Shown in pieces: positions 1 to 10,308 of a stretch of DNA of 64,000 nt. Made by a program: the position numbers and the translations under genes. The stretch comes from Candidatus Methylomirabilia bacterium (GTDB lineage: Bacteria > Methylomirabilota > Methylomirabilia > Rokubacteriales > CSP1-6). Where the stretch lies: positions 1 to 64,000 of the forward strand of contig JBHIBG010000001.1 of NCBI GenBank assembly GCA_046758965.1. The letters are read 5' to 3'. The notes beneath the pieces were generated by a model that was given only the letters and a program-made list of their open reading frames with translations, was not told the DNA's origin and did not search any database. Within the stretch, counting starts at the first letter, position 1, and the number at the start of each line of letters is the position of its first letter.

Positions 1-11
1 CATCCGGCGAT

Positions 12-1757
12 TCAGCTCGTCCGGTCCGGGGCTTCGGAGTGCGTGTGCAAGCCGGGCAGGTTGTCATGGAGATCCGACGGCGCGGCCGCGGCCAGACGGA
101 TCGTGACAGTGGTTCCTCGTCCTTCCGCGCTCTCGATCGTCAGCTCTCCCCCGTGGTGCTTGATGATCCCATAGGCGACGCTCAGCCCAAGCCCGGTGGT
201 CTTGGGGCCCTTAGTCGTGAAGAATGGCTCGAGCGCCCGGCGCCGCACCTCCTCGGACATTCCCGGCCCCGTGTCGGCCACCGAGCAATGGACCTGGCCG
301 TCCGAGGCCCAGGTCCTGATCGTGATCGTCCCCCCTTCGGGGAGCGCATCGACTGCGTTGAGGACGAGATTCATGAGCGCTTCCCTCAAGGAGACCAGGT
401 CGCCGGTCACAGCCGGGATCCGTCCCGGATCGAGGCGGGTCTCGATCGGGATCCTCCGGACCTGGGTCCGGTCCCGCCACAACGGCTGGATCAGCTCGAG
501 CACCTCCTCGACGATCGTGTTCAGGTCCACCGGCACCCCGTGTGAAACCGGTTGTCCCCTGCTGAAGCGGTTCAGCCGACGGACCATCTCAGTTCCGTCC
601 AGCGCTGACCGCTCGACGATCTGGAGCGCGCGACGGACGTCCGGCTCGTGGAGCTTGTCTTGGAGGATCCGCACCCGCCCCACGACCACCGCCATAAGAT
701 TGTGGATGTGGTGGGCCATCCGCGATGCCAGCTCTCCAATGGCGCGCAGGGTCTCTCCCCGGACGAGCTGCGCCTGCGTGGCTTTGAGCTCATCGAGCGC
801 CTTCTGGAGCTGTTGCGCCGACTCCTGGGTCTTTTCGAGCAAGCGTGCGTTGTCCACGGCGTAGCCGATATAGGTCACGAGCGCGTTCAAAAGCTGGAGG
901 TCCGTGGCGCTGACGGCCCGCGCCGGGGCCGAGCGCCCCGGGCGGTCGGCCGTCTTGGCGAGGTTGATGACGCCGATGACTCGGTCCGCCACCCGGACCG
1001 GCACGCAGATGAACGAACCGCTGGCGCAGCGCGGGTCGTTGGCTCCGGCGAACCGGGGGTCCCTTTCGACATCGTCCACGACCACGGGCTCCCCGAACTG
1101 CGCCACCTGCCCGGCAATCCCTTCGCCGAGGCGGACCTCACCCCTGGCGGTCGCATCATCCGGCAGCCCTCGCGCCGCTGCGATCCGGAGCATCTGGCGC
1201 TCCTGATCGAGCAGCATGATCGAGCCGGCCGTCGCCTTCACCACCCGCATCGTCCGTTCCAGGACGAGCGCCAGCAGGTCCTGCATTTTCGGGATACTGG
1301 CGGCCAGCTCGACCATCTCGTTGAGTGCCCCGAGCTTGAACACGAGATCCTCGAGACGCTCTGTGGACTCCCGCACGTTCTCGAAGAGTCTGTTGAAGGC
1401 CTCGGAAATCTGTCCGATCTCGGCCAGCGAGCCCACGCCGGGCACCGTGGCCGTGTCGACTTTCGGTATCCCCTCGGAGCGCTCGGGCGGCTTGCTTCCC
1501 TCGACGGCCTGCGCCAAGCGTGAGATCCGAGCCGCCATCCGCTGCAGCAAGACGAATCCGAGGACGCCAATCAGCAGAGCCACGAGCAGGGCAGCTTGCG
1601 CCCCCGTGCTCACCATTAGTGCGGAACGAGAGAGGAAGGCAAGCACCACGAGCAGGGGGAGAATTGTGGTGAGCGTGAAGATGATTGCCGACGCCTCGCG
1701 CAGGCTGAGGATCCGGGAGAAGAGGCGCCAGCCTTTCACAACCTGACCGAACCCCAT
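12..1757 (-). CDS. Membrane sensor histidine kinase (2 TM, HAMP-like, GAF, HisKA, HATPase)
   Basis: N-terminal hydrophobic helices; GAF (GEGIAGQVAQFGEPVVVDD); H-box AHHIHN; N-box NLVLNAVDA; G boxes DTGPGM, FFTTK..TGLGL, GRGTT. Start uncertain (ATG 1757 chosen). Confidence 0.85.
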   Translation of the reverse strand: MGFGQVVKGWRLFSRILSLREASAIIFTLTTILPLLVVLAFLSRSALMVSTGAQAALLVALLIGVLGFVLLQRMAARISRLAQAVEGSKPPERSEGIPKVDTATVPGVGSLAEIGQISEAFNRLFENVRESTERLEDLVFKLGALNEMVELAASIPKMQDLLALVLERTMRVVKATAGSIMLLDQERQMLRIAAARGLPDDATARGEVRLGEGIAGQVAQFGEPVVVDDVERDPRFAGANDPRCASGSFICVPVRVADRVIGVINLAKTADRPGRSAPARAVSATDLQLLNALVTYIGYAVDNARLLEKTQESAQQLQKALDELKATQAQLVRGETLRAIGELASRMAHHIHNLMAVVVGRVRILQDKLHEPDVRRALQIVERSALDGTEMVRRLNRFSRGQPVSHGVPVDLNTIVEEVLELIQPLWRDRTQVRRIPIETRLDPGRIPAVTGDLVSLREALMNLVLNAVDALPEGGTITIRTWASDGQVHCSVADTGPGMSEEVRRRALEPFFTTKGPKTTGLGLSVAYGIIKHHGGELTIESAEGRGTTVTIRLAAAAPSDLHDNLPGLHTHSEAPDRTS

Positions 1758-1855
1758 CACTTCTACGCTAAACCGAGATGCCTGCGGGCCCAAAGGTAAA
1801 AATTCCGGGCCGTTTCTTGCGTCTGTCCGCTAAGTATGTAAAAATCAGTCCGAAT

Positions 1856-4360
1856 ATGGCTGCTCAGGAGCGTTTCGCTCGCTATCCGTTTCGCGAAATC
1901 GAGGCCAAGTGGCAGAAGCTCTGGGAGGAGACGAAGCTCTTCAAAGCCGCCGAGGATCCCGCGCGCGCCAAGTACTACTGCCTGGAGATGTTCCCATACC
2001 CTTCGGGGCGCATTCACATGGGGCACGTCCGCAACTACACGATCGGGGATGTGGTCGCGCGGTACAAGCGGATGCGCGGCTTCAATGTGCTGCACCCGAT
2101 GGGCTGGGACGCCTTCGGCCTTCCCGCCGAGAATGCCGCGATGGAGCACGGCGTCCACCCCGCGATCTGGACCTACGAGAACATCGCGTACATGAAGGCC
2201 CAGCTCAAACAGATGGGCTGCTCCTACGATTGGGATCGGGAATTCGCCACCTGCGACCGTGACTACTACCGATGGGAGCAGCAGATCTTTATCAGGATGT
2301 TCGAGCGCGGCCTGGCCTACAAGAAGCTCTCCACGGTCAACTGGTGCCCGAGCTGCCAGACCGTCTTAGCCAATGAGCAGGTGGAGGCGGGACGCTGCTG
2401 GCGCTGTGACTCGGAGGTCACCTCCAAGAATATCGAGGGCTGGTTCTTCAAGATCACGGAGTACGCCGAGGAGCTTCTGGCCTGGTGTGATCGCCTGACA
2501 GGGTGGCCCGAGCGGGTGCTCACCATGCAGCGCAACTGGATCGGGAAGTCGGAGGGAGCCGAGGTGGACTTTCCGCTGAAGGATCACCCTACCGCCCTCC
2601 GCGTCTTCACCACCCGCCTGGACACCATCTACGGCGCCACCTTCATGGTTCTGGCTCCGGAGCACTCCCTGGTGCGGGAGCTTGCCCGGGGGACGGGCCG
2701 GGAGCAGGAAGTGCTGAGCTTCGTGGAACGGGTCGCGCGCACAGACAAGGTTCAGCGAACCGCCGCCGAGGCCCCCAAGGAGGGCGTCTTCACCGGGGCG
2801 TACGCCATGAACCTTTTCACCAACGAGGCGATCCCCATCTGGGTCGCGAACTTCGTCCTCCTCGAATACGGCACCGGGGCGGTGATGGCCGTCCCCGCCC
2901 ATGATCAGCGGGATTTCGACTTTGCGAGAGCCTACGGCCTGGCCATTCCGCTCGTGGTCCAGAACCGAGACCGGAGCCTCCGGGAGCCCCTCGATCAGGC
3001 CTACCTGGAGGACGGCTGGCTGGTAGGCTCCGGCCCTTACACCGGGCTTGCCTCGGCGGAAGGGCGTGACCGGATGGCGGCGGACCTGGAGGCCAGGGGG
3101 ATCGGCAAGCGCTCGGTGAATTACCGGCTCCGGGACTGGGGGATCAGCCGCCAGCGGTACTGGGGAGCGCCTATCCCGATCATCTACTGCGACCGGTGCG
3201 GCACGGTGCCAGAGAGGGAGGAGAACCTTCCGGTCGTGCTCCCCCAGGACGTCCAGATCAGCGGGACGGGAGGTTCACCGCTGGGCGACCTGCTTGACTT
3301 CGTCCGGACCGCTTGCCCGCGCTGCGGGGGGAGGGCCCGGCGCGAGACCGACACCATGGACACCTTCGTGGAGTCCTCCTGGTACTTTCTTCGCTACTGT
3401 TCTCCCTTGTTTCGGGGCGGGATGGTCGAGCCAGACGCTGCCGCCTACTGGATGCCGGTGGACCAGTATATCGGAGGGATCGAGCACGCTGTTCTCCACC
3501 TGCTCTACTCTCGCTTCTACACCAAGGTGCTCCGTGACCTGGGGCTCCTGAAGCTGGATGAACCGTTCGCCAACCTCCTGACCCAGGGGATGGTGATCAA
3601 GGATGGCGCCAAGATGTCCAAGTCCCGGGGGAACGTGGTGGACCCGGATCAGCTGATCAGGAAGTACGGGGCGGATACCGCGCGCCTCTTCTGCCTGTTC
3701 GCGGCGCCGCCGGAGAAGGATCTCGACTGGAACGACCAGGCCGTGGAGGGCGCCTCCAGGTTCCTCAACCGAATCTGGCGCGTTGTCCAGAGCCACCGCT
3801 CCGCACTCTCCCATGCCAAGTCCGGCGTGAGCCGGTACTCCGAGGACGGACGCCGGTTTCGCCGCACGATCCACGAGACCATCAGGCGGGTCTCCGACGA
3901 CATCGAGGACGAGTTCCACTTCAACACAGCGATCAGCGCCATCATGGAGTTGGTGAACGCGCTGTACGAGTTTGACCAGAGTTCGCTTTCCGGCATGGAT
4001 CGGGAGGAGCGGGTCGCGCTCCTTCGCGAGGCGGTGGAAACCCTGCTCGTGTTGCTCGGCCCGTTTGCGCCGCACCTCGCGGAAGAGCTTTGGGCTCAGC
4101 TCGGCCACAGGGAGAGCCTGTTTCGCTACCCCTGGCCCCAGCCGGACCGCTCAGCCCTTGCCCGCAAGGAAGTCCTCGTTGTGGTTCAGGTGAACGGCAG
4201 GGTCCGGAGCCGACTCACCGTGGCGGCCGGAGCTGACGAAGAGAAGGTCAAGGCCCTGGCCCTGGCGGACCCGAAGGTGCGACCGTGGCTTGACTCCTGC
4301 CAGGTGGACCGGATCGTGGTGGTTCCGGGCAGGCTGATCAATATCGTCACGCGCCCGTGA
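1856..4360 (+). CDS. leuS: Leucyl-tRNA synthetase
   Basis: [13 protein letters not shown] (HIGH), [21 protein letters not shown] editing motif, [11 protein letters not shown]; precedes lptE-holA. ATG 1856 preferred over 1778. Confidence 0.97.
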   Translation: MAAQERFARYPFREIEAKWQKLWEETKLFKAAEDPARAKYYCLEMFPYPSGRIHMGHVRNYTIGDVVARYKRMRGFNVLHPMGWDAFGLPAENAAMEHGVHPAIWTYENIAYMKAQLKQMGCSYDWDREFATCDRDYYRWEQQIFIRMFERGLAYKKLSTVNWCPSCQTVLANEQVEAGRCWRCDSEVTSKNIEGWFFKITEYAEELLAWCDRLTGWPERVLTMQRNWIGKSEGAEVDFPLKDHPTALRVFTTRLDTIYGATFMVLAPEHSLVRELARGTGREQEVLSFVERVARTDKVQRTAAEAPKEGVFTGAYAMNLFTNEAIPIWVANFVLLEYGTGAVMAVPAHDQRDFDFARAYGLAIPLVVQNRDRSLREPLDQAYLEDGWLVGSGPYTGLASAEGRDRMAADLEARGIGKRSVNYRLRDWGISRQRYWGAPIPIIYCDRCGTVPEREENLPVVLPQDVQISGTGGSPLGDLLDFVRTACPRCGGRARRETDTMDTFVESSWYFLRYCSPLFRGGMVEPDAAAYWMPVDQYIGGIEHAVLHLLYSRFYTKVLRDLGLLKLDEPFANLLTQGMVIKDGAKMSKSRGNVVDPDQLIRKYGADTARLFCLFAAPPEKDLDWNDQAVEGASRFLNRIWRVVQSHRSALSHAKSGVSRYSEDGRRFRRTIHETIRRVSDDIEDEFHFNTAISAIMELVNALYEFDQSSLSGMDREERVALLREAVETLLVLLGPFAPHLAEELWAQLGHRESLFRYPWPQPDRSALARKEVLVVVQVNGRVRSRLTVAAGADEEKVKALALADPKVRPWLDSCQVDRIVVVPGRLINIVTRP

Positions 4361-4863
4361 GCAGGCCCGCCCTCGCCTGGTTGGTCCTTGTAACCGTCCT
4401 GCTCGGTGGGTGCGGCTATGGCCTGCGCGGTACCCTTCCCAGCCACCTCAGGACCGTCGCCGTTCCCGTCTTTGTCAATCGGACCAGCGAGCCAGGGGTC
4501 GAGAACTTTATTACACGGGCCGTGATCGAGGCGTTCAGCAGTAGCGGCCGGCTCAGGGTGGTTCCGCCGGAGCGCGCCGATTCGCTCCTGGAAGGGGAGA
4601 TCGTGGGCTACCGTGTCGAGGCGCTGGCCTTTGATCCCCAGGCCAACGTGCGGGAGTATCGCCTCTGGCTCACGCTGAACCTCGAGTTTAGGGATCTGCG
4701 GAAGAACACCGTGCTCTGGCGGCACGAGGGAATTCAGGAGAGGGCGGACTTTCGGGTGCCCGGTCAGGTGGCCGTGACCATCGCCCGGGAGGAGACGGCG
4801 CTCCGCGAAGCCGCCGTCATCATCGGGCGGGAGATCGTGAATCGCGCGGTCAATCAGTTCTGA
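4357..4863 (+). CDS. lptE: LPS assembly lipoprotein LptE
   Basis: Lipobox LLGGC-GY; position between leuS and holA. Confidence 0.85.
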   Translation: MSRPALAWLVLVTVLLGGCGYGLRGTLPSHLRTVAVPVFVNRTSEPGVENFITRAVIEAFSSSGRLRVVPPERADSLLEGEIVGYRVEALAFDPQANVREYRLWLTLNLEFRDLRKNTVLWRHEGIQERADFRVPGQVAVTIAREETALREAAVIIGREIVNRAVNQF

Positions 4864-4914
4864 CCGCGAGGGAAGCGAGCGCGAGCGGCTGCGCCCGATA
4901 GCGACAGGGGAGTC

Positions 4915-5913
4915 TTGGACTACGCGAGCTTTCTAGGCGAGCTGCGGCGGGGAACGGTTCCACAGACCGCGCTGCTCCACGGCCCTGAGCCCTTCTTGTT
5001 GGAGGAAGCCCTGGCGCTGGTGACCCGGGCCTGCTTTCCCGACCCCTCGCTGATCTCGCTCAACCGTGAGCTCTTCGATGCCCGTGAGGCCCAGCCCGAG
5101 ACCATTCTCCGCGCGCTCCTCACCGCGCCGTTCGTCGCTCCCGTGCGGCTCGTCGTCGTGAAAGAGTCCCAGGCCTTGTCCGTGAAGGGGCGCGACGCCT
5201 TCCTGGGGTATGCGAAGGAGCCGCTCCCCGGGGCTCGGCTCCTCTTTTTGGCCAGTGAGGCGCTGGCGCCGACGCACTGGCTCGTGAAGCTGCCCCCCCC
5301 GGCCGCACTGATCCGTGTGCGGGCTCCGACCGGCCGGGAGCTGGTGAGCTGGCTCAGGGGGCGCGCGGCAGCGACGGGGCTTACGGTCACTGAAGAGGCG
5401 GCCCTACTCCTGATCCAGTGGGTCGGCGAAGACCTCGGGGCGCTGGCGGGGGAGGTGGAGAAGGCTGGCCTGGTCCGGGAGCCGGAGCGTCGCACGGTCG
5501 GCGTGGAGGAAGTCAGGGCGGTGGTGGGAGAACACCGGGTGCGGTCCATCTTTGAGCTGACGCGTGCGCTGGAGCACCGGGCTCTGGGGAGCGCGCTGAG
5601 CGTGCTGGAGGGGCTCCTGTCCTCCGGCGAGGAACCGCTTGGTGTTCTCGGCATGCTGACGCGGCAGGTGCGGCTGACCTGGCTTGCGAAGGAGTGGCTC
5701 CGGGCAGGGAAGTCCGCTGAAGAGGTGGCCCGGCTCCTGCGTCGACCATCCCAGGCTGTGGAGGCGTTCCTGGCTCGCGCCGAGTCATGCTCTCCCGCTG
5801 CCCTGGCCCGCCAGCTCTCGCGCTGCTGGGAGGTGGAGCGTCGGCTCAAAGCCGGCGGGCTCCCCCGTCCCGAGCTGGCTCAGCTGGTCGCCGAACTCTG
5901 TGCGGCGGAATGA
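4915..5913 (+). CDS. holA: DNA polymerase III subunit delta
   Basis: LLHGPEPFL, PFVAPVRLVVVK, EVEK, IFEL motifs; leuS-lptE-holA synteny. Confidence 0.9.
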   Translation: MDYASFLGELRRGTVPQTALLHGPEPFLLEEALALVTRACFPDPSLISLNRELFDAREAQPETILRALLTAPFVAPVRLVVVKESQALSVKGRDAFLGYAKEPLPGARLLFLASEALAPTHWLVKLPPPAALIRVRAPTGRELVSWLRGRAAATGLTVTEEAALLLIQWVGEDLGALAGEVEKAGLVREPERRTVGVEEVRAVVGEHRVRSIFELTRALEHRALGSALSVLEGLLSSGEEPLGVLGMLTRQVRLTWLAKEWLRAGKSAEEVARLLRRPSQAVEAFLARAESCSPAALARQLSRCWEVERRLKAGGLPRPELAQLVAELCAAE

Positions 5914-7277
5914 GAGGGCGGACCCGGACCGGCCTCCTCGTCGTCGTCCTGCTCCTCGCGATCGGTGACCCCGGCGCTCCCGCGGCGTATGCCCTCCAGT
6001 GCGCTCCGGATGGAATCCCCTCGCCTGTTCGCACATCGTGCCCGGGCTGTCTCCTGGCGGGGGCTGCCACCGTGGAAATTCCCTTGCCGGAAGGAGTCCC
6101 GCTTGCCGGCTACGGCGGGCTCCGCCGCCGGCTCCTGATTCCGGACATCCTCAATCGCCACCCGTATGCCTTCTGGCTCAAGCCGTCCGAAGGGACTCAC
6201 CTGCCGATCAAGGCGCGGGCGCTCGTTCTCGAGCGGGAGGATGTTCGACTGCTCTGGGTGGCCGTGGACCTGGTTGGTGTGGATCCCGGGCTCGTCAGGG
6301 AGCTGAAATCTCGCCTCGCCGAAGCCGGCTTCCGCTATACGGCCGTGGTTGTGGCCGCCTCCCACACGCACTCCGGCCCGGGCGCCTACTCCCGTTCGGG
6401 CCTGTTCAGCCTGTTCGCCCTCGATCGCTACAATCCCGAGATCGCCGACTGCCTCGTTTCGGCGATGGTCAGGGCGGCCCGACAGGCCGAGGCGCGGAAG
6501 GTCCCGGCAAGGGTGGGCGGCGGCAGCGGGAAAGTCGTCGGCATTGGGAAGAGCCGGGTGGCGCTCCCGCTGGATCCCGAGGTGGGTGTGCTCAAGGTCG
6601 TCGGGCAGGACGGGGCTCCCGTGGCTGTCCTCTGGAACTACGCGATCCACGGGACCGCGCTGGGGAAGGCAAACCGCCGACTTTCGGGTGACGTCATGGG
6701 CGTGGCCTCGGAGCGTCTGGAGCGAGCCCTTGGGGCCCCAGCACTCTACGCCAACGGCGCCGTGGGGGACGTGAGCCCTGCGGTACACGGGCTCGGTGGA
6801 GCCGAGCAGGCCGGAGAGGCGTTGGCCCGTGAAGTCCTGGATGTGTGGGGGCGAGTGTCCGTGAAGCCAGGGGCGCGGCTTCTGGCGGTCGTCCAGCCGT
6901 TGTCGCTTCCTCCCCCGCACCTCGCAGTTCGAAACTGTCTGGGGCGCTGGGTCCCCCGCTGGATCACCCTGAGTCTCGGCTGGGCCATGCCGCGGGCGAG
7001 CGAGATGGTCGGAGTGGTTGTCGGATCCGAGGCCTGGGTCACCATTCCAGGAGAGCTCCAGACCCGTCTCGGTCTGGCGGTGAAGGCCGAAGGCCGGCGA
7101 TTCTTCCGTCGCACCTTCGTGGTGGGTCTTGCCAACGACTACGTAGGCTACTTCCTCACCCGCGGGGAGTACCACCGGGTTGACTACATCGCCTGCGCCA
7201 GCCTCTACGGCAGGACGGCGGGCGAGATTCTCGCCGAACGGGCGAAGGCGATTCTCCGCCGGCTCGCCGGCTCGTGA
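5910..7277 (+). CDS. Secreted neutral/alkaline ceramidase-family amidohydrolase
   Basis: Signal peptide; PLAGYG, ASHTHSGPG, NYAIHGT, GDVSP, IPGE, ANDYVGY motifs; ATG overlaps holA stop. Confidence 0.75.
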   Translation: MRGRTRTGLLVVVLLLAIGDPGAPAAYALQCAPDGIPSPVRTSCPGCLLAGAATVEIPLPEGVPLAGYGGLRRRLLIPDILNRHPYAFWLKPSEGTHLPIKARALVLEREDVRLLWVAVDLVGVDPGLVRELKSRLAEAGFRYTAVVVAASHTHSGPGAYSRSGLFSLFALDRYNPEIADCLVSAMVRAARQAEARKVPARVGGGSGKVVGIGKSRVALPLDPEVGVLKVVGQDGAPVAVLWNYAIHGTALGKANRRLSGDVMGVASERLERALGAPALYANGAVGDVSPAVHGLGGAEQAGEALAREVLDVWGRVSVKPGARLLAVVQPLSLPPPHLAVRNCLGRWVPRWITLSLGWAMPRASEMVGVVVGSEAWVTIPGELQTRLGLAVKAEGRRFFRRTFVVGLANDYVGYFLTRGEYHRVDYIACASLYGRTAGEILAERAKAILRRLAGS

Positions 7278-7303
7278 GCCGGGTGGTGGGGTGGCCGGGC
7301 AGA

Positions 7304-7564
7304 TCAGTGGAGCGAGGCCAGGCGGCGTGCGAGGGCCGACTTCTTTCGGGCGGCGGTGTTCCGGTGGACCACGCCCTTGGTCACCGCCTTGTCCAGCGCG
7401 CGGACTGCCTCCGCGACGAGTGCCTGCGCATCCTCGGAGCGTTGGATCAGTGCGCTCCGGGAGGCCTTGAGCCCTGTCCGAACGGTGGTCCGGATGGCGC
7501 GGTTCCGGAGCCGCCGCTTCTCGTTCTGGCGCGTGCGCTTGAGCGCGGATCTGATCTTGGCCAT
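7304..7564 (-). CDS. rpsT: 30S ribosomal protein S20
   Basis: MAKIRSALKR..NEKRRLRN; KGVVHRNTAARKKSAL. Confidence 0.97.
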   Translation of the reverse strand: MAKIRSALKRTRQNEKRRLRNRAIRTTVRTGLKASRSALIQRSEDAQALVAEAVRALDKAVTKGVVHRNTAARKKSALARRLASLH

Positions 7565-7605
7565 GCGTTGGATCCTCCTGCCGCGATCGCTCAGTACGAC
7601 TGTCC

Positions 7606-7634
7606 ACGCTACCGTCTGGATCGGGGTCTGTCAA
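7606..7634 (-). promoter_or_regulatory. Sigma70-type promoter for rpsT
   Basis: Minus strand TTGACA-17 nt-TAGCGT. Confidence 0.65.
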
Positions 7635-7647
7635 GGGGCGGGGGTCG

Positions 7648-9264
7648 ATGAGGGGCGCCGACCCGGACGACCAGGGGCTCCCCGAACTGGCAGTTCAGCA
7701 CGGAGTGGTGAAGGCCATGGGCACCGTCAGCCTGGCCACGCTCGTGAGCCGCCTCCTCGGCTTCCTCCGGGACGTGGTCGTGGCGCAGGCCTTCGGGGCC
7801 AGCTCGATCACCGACGCCTTTTTTGTCGCCTTCCGGATCCCGAATCTCTTTCGCCGGCTCCTGGCCGAGGGAGCGTTGAGCGCGGCCCTTATCCCGGTCT
7901 TCACCGAATTTCTCACGGTGCGCCCCCGAGAGGAGTTCAACCGGATGTTCCGCTCCGTGGCGGGGGTATTCCTCGCCGCGCTCTGCGCCGTCACCGTTGT
8001 CGGTGTTCTCCTGGCGCCGTGGCTCGTCCGGCTCCTGGCTCCGGGATTCACGGCCGACGCGGAGCAGGCCGGGCTGGCGAGCTCGCTGACCAGAGTCATG
8101 TTCCCGTACTTGATCCTCGTGGGGCTCGCCACCCTGGCCATGGGTGTCCTGAACGCCCACCGCCGATTCTTCACCTCCGCCCTCGGTCCTGCGGTCCTCA
8201 ACGTCGGGATGATCTCCGCCGTGCTCCTCCTGGCCCCGCGCATCGAGACCCCGATCTTGGGGCTCGCGGTGGGGGTGTTGGCGGGCGGCCTGGGCCAGTT
8301 CCTCATCCAGCTTCCCGAGCTCCGGTCAGTTGGGGTCCCGCTGGCCCCGTCGGCGGAGTTCTCCCACCCCGCGGTCCGCCGGGTCGTTCGGCTCCTCGGC
8401 CCATCGGTCTTGGGGCTGGCGGCGGTCCAGCTCAGCGTCTTCGTCAACACGCTTCTCGCCTCCCTGCTCCCGCGGGGGAGTATCTCCTACCTCTACTACG
8501 CGGACCGGGTGATGGAATTTCCGCTCGGCGTGTTCGGCATCGCCGTGGCCACGGCAACCCTCCCCCTCATGGCAGCGCAGGCCGCAAGGCGGGAGCTTAC
8601 CGGAGTCGCGCAGACGCTGAACTTCGCCCTTCGGCTCTCCTGCTTCGTGGCGATCCCGGCCTCGGTGGGGCTCATTCTGCTCAGGGACCCGATCATCCGG
8701 GTGCTCTTCCAGCGCGGGGAGTTCGGTGCCGCCGACAGTGAAGCCACAGCGTGGGCGCTCGGGTTCTATGCCCTGGGGCTCACGGCCTTCTCTGGAACCC
8801 GGATCGCGGCGCAGACCTTCTATGCCTTGGGTGACACGGCCACCCCGGTCAGGATCGGGATCGGCGCGGTGGCCTTGAACGTGCTCTTCGCCCTCGCCCT
8901 CATGGGACCGCTGACCCACGGCGGCATCGCCCTGGCTTCTTCCTGCGCGTCGAGCGCGAACCTGGTGGGGCTCATCTGGCTTCTGAGACGGCGGCTCGGA
9001 GCAGTGGGCGGTGGCCGGATCGTTCGGAGTCTGTCTCTGATGAGCATCGCCACGGGCGTAATGGCAGGGTGGTGCTGGCTCTTGCTTCGGTGGTGGCCGG
9101 CTGAGCCGTCTCGCTGGGCCGAAGCCGGCTGGCTCGCGGCCGCCATCGGCGGGAGCATGGTGCTCTATGCGCTGGTGAGCGCGCTGTTGAGGAGCGAAGA
9201 GTGGGCCGCGCTCCTGGCGCTCGCGCACCGGACAGCCGCCTTGCCTCCCCGAGCAGGAGGCTGA
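7648..9264 (+). CDS. murJ: Lipid II flippase MurJ (MviN)
   Basis: SRLLGFLRD, AFRIPNLFRRLLAEGAL, LYYADRVMEFPLGVFG; divergent from rpsT. Confidence 0.96.
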   Translation: MRGADPDDQGLPELAVQHGVVKAMGTVSLATLVSRLLGFLRDVVVAQAFGASSITDAFFVAFRIPNLFRRLLAEGALSAALIPVFTEFLTVRPREEFNRMFRSVAGVFLAALCAVTVVGVLLAPWLVRLLAPGFTADAEQAGLASSLTRVMFPYLILVGLATLAMGVLNAHRRFFTSALGPAVLNVGMISAVLLLAPRIETPILGLAVGVLAGGLGQFLIQLPELRSVGVPLAPSAEFSHPAVRRVVRLLGPSVLGLAAVQLSVFVNTLLASLLPRGSISYLYYADRVMEFPLGVFGIAVATATLPLMAAQAARRELTGVAQTLNFALRLSCFVAIPASVGLILLRDPIIRVLFQRGEFGAADSEATAWALGFYALGLTAFSGTRIAAQTFYALGDTATPVRIGIGAVALNVLFALALMGPLTHGGIALASSCASSANLVGLIWLLRRRLGAVGGGRIVRSLSLMSIATGVMAGWCWLLLRWWPAEPSRWAEAGWLAAAIGGSMVLYALVSALLRSEEWAALLALAHRTAALPPRAGG

Positions 9265-9270
9265 TATAAT
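9241..9270 (+). promoter_or_regulatory. Sigma70 promoter with extended -10 upstream of xerD
   Basis: TTGCCT-18 nt-TATAAT, with TG-n before the -10. Confidence 0.65.
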
Positions 9271-9423
9271 GAGAGCTGCAAAGGACCCTGGATGCAGCTG
9301 TTCCCGGTAAGGGTGATTGGCGCCTCGGGAGCGGTCGGTGCGGTCCGGATCGGCCGAGAGACCCGAGGCGTCGGCGTGTGTTCTGACCTCTCCCTCCCTC
9401 CATCTGGCCCACGGGATCAGTAG

Positions 9424-10308
9424 ATGGATCCCGTCGAGGAATTTCTCGAAGCCCTCGAGACCGAAGGGCGGGCTGCCCCCAACACGCTTTCTGCTTACGG
9501 CCGAGACCTCAGGAGATTCCAGCGGTTTCTCCGCGAACGCTCCTGGGGCCTTCACGAGGTCGGCGTCGAAGGGCTTTCGCAGTATCTCCTGGCTCTCCGC
9601 CGGCAAGGTCTGGGGCCTCGGAGCGTCGCGCGGCATCTCTCTGCCTTGCGCGGCTTCTACCGCTTTCTGCTCCGTGAAGGCCGGCTCCTGAGCGACCCGA
9701 CCGATCTGCTCGAAGCCCCGCGGCCGCCATCGAGGCTCCCGCGCACGCTTTTGCCTCAGGAGGTCGCTCGCCTCATCGAATCGCCCGATCCGAGCGATGC
9801 GCTGGGGCTCAGAGACCGGGCTCTGCTCGAACTCCTCTATGCCACCGGCATGCGCGCCTCGGAGTGCCTCTCCCTCCAGATCGAAGAAGTGAACCTCTCG
9901 GCCGGCTACGTGGTGCCGACGGGGAAGGGGGGTCGCCAGCGGCTGATCCCGGTGGGGGGTGAGGCGCTCTCGTGGCTTCGGCGCTACCTCAAAGACGCCC
10001 GCGCCCGGCTTGCCAGGCGGGGGGATCCGGGCACGCTGTTCGTGAACCGTCGCGGCAGGCCGCTCTCCCGCCAGGGGCTGTGGGGCATCATCAAGACGGC
10101 CGCCCGGCGATCCGGGATGCAGCGGGTGGTGTCACCTCACACGCTCCGGCACTCGTTCGCCAGCCACCTGCTCGAGGGTGGCGCCGACCTCCGCTCCGTT
10201 CAAGCGATGCTGGGGCACGCGGATATCACGGCGACGCAGATCTACACTCGCCTTTCTTCCTCGGCGGTTAGGGCGATGTACATGAAGTTTCACCCGAGGG
10301 CGCGATGA
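9424..10308 (+). CDS. xerD: Tyrosine recombinase XerD
   Basis: YATGMRASE, GKGGRQR, SPHTLRHSFASHLL.GGADLRSVQAMLGH, TQIY; C-terminal FHPRA; SRQG motif favours XerD. Confidence 0.9.
   Translation: MDPVEEFLEALETEGRAAPNTLSAYGRDLRRFQRFLRERSWGLHEVGVEGLSQYLLALRRQGLGPRSVARHLSALRGFYRFLLREGRLLSDPTDLLEAPRPPSRLPRTLLPQEVARLIESPDPSDALGLRDRALLELLYATGMRASECLSLQIEEVNLSAGYVVPTGKGGRQRLIPVGGEALSWLRRYLKDARARLARRGDPGTLFVNRRGRPLSRQGLWGIIKTAARRSGMQRVVSPHTLRHSFASHLLEGGADLRSVQAMLGHADITATQIYTRLSSSAVRAMYMKFHPRAR

Noticed and set aside
9271..9423. 6S RNA
   Set aside because: Slight resemblance only; too short and lacks the full rod with central bubble. Kept as an unnamed structured leader.
9424..10308. Tyrosine recombinase as a prophage or island integrase
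   Set aside because: Size and motifs fit housekeeping XerD; neighbours are core genes; no att repeats or phage genes.
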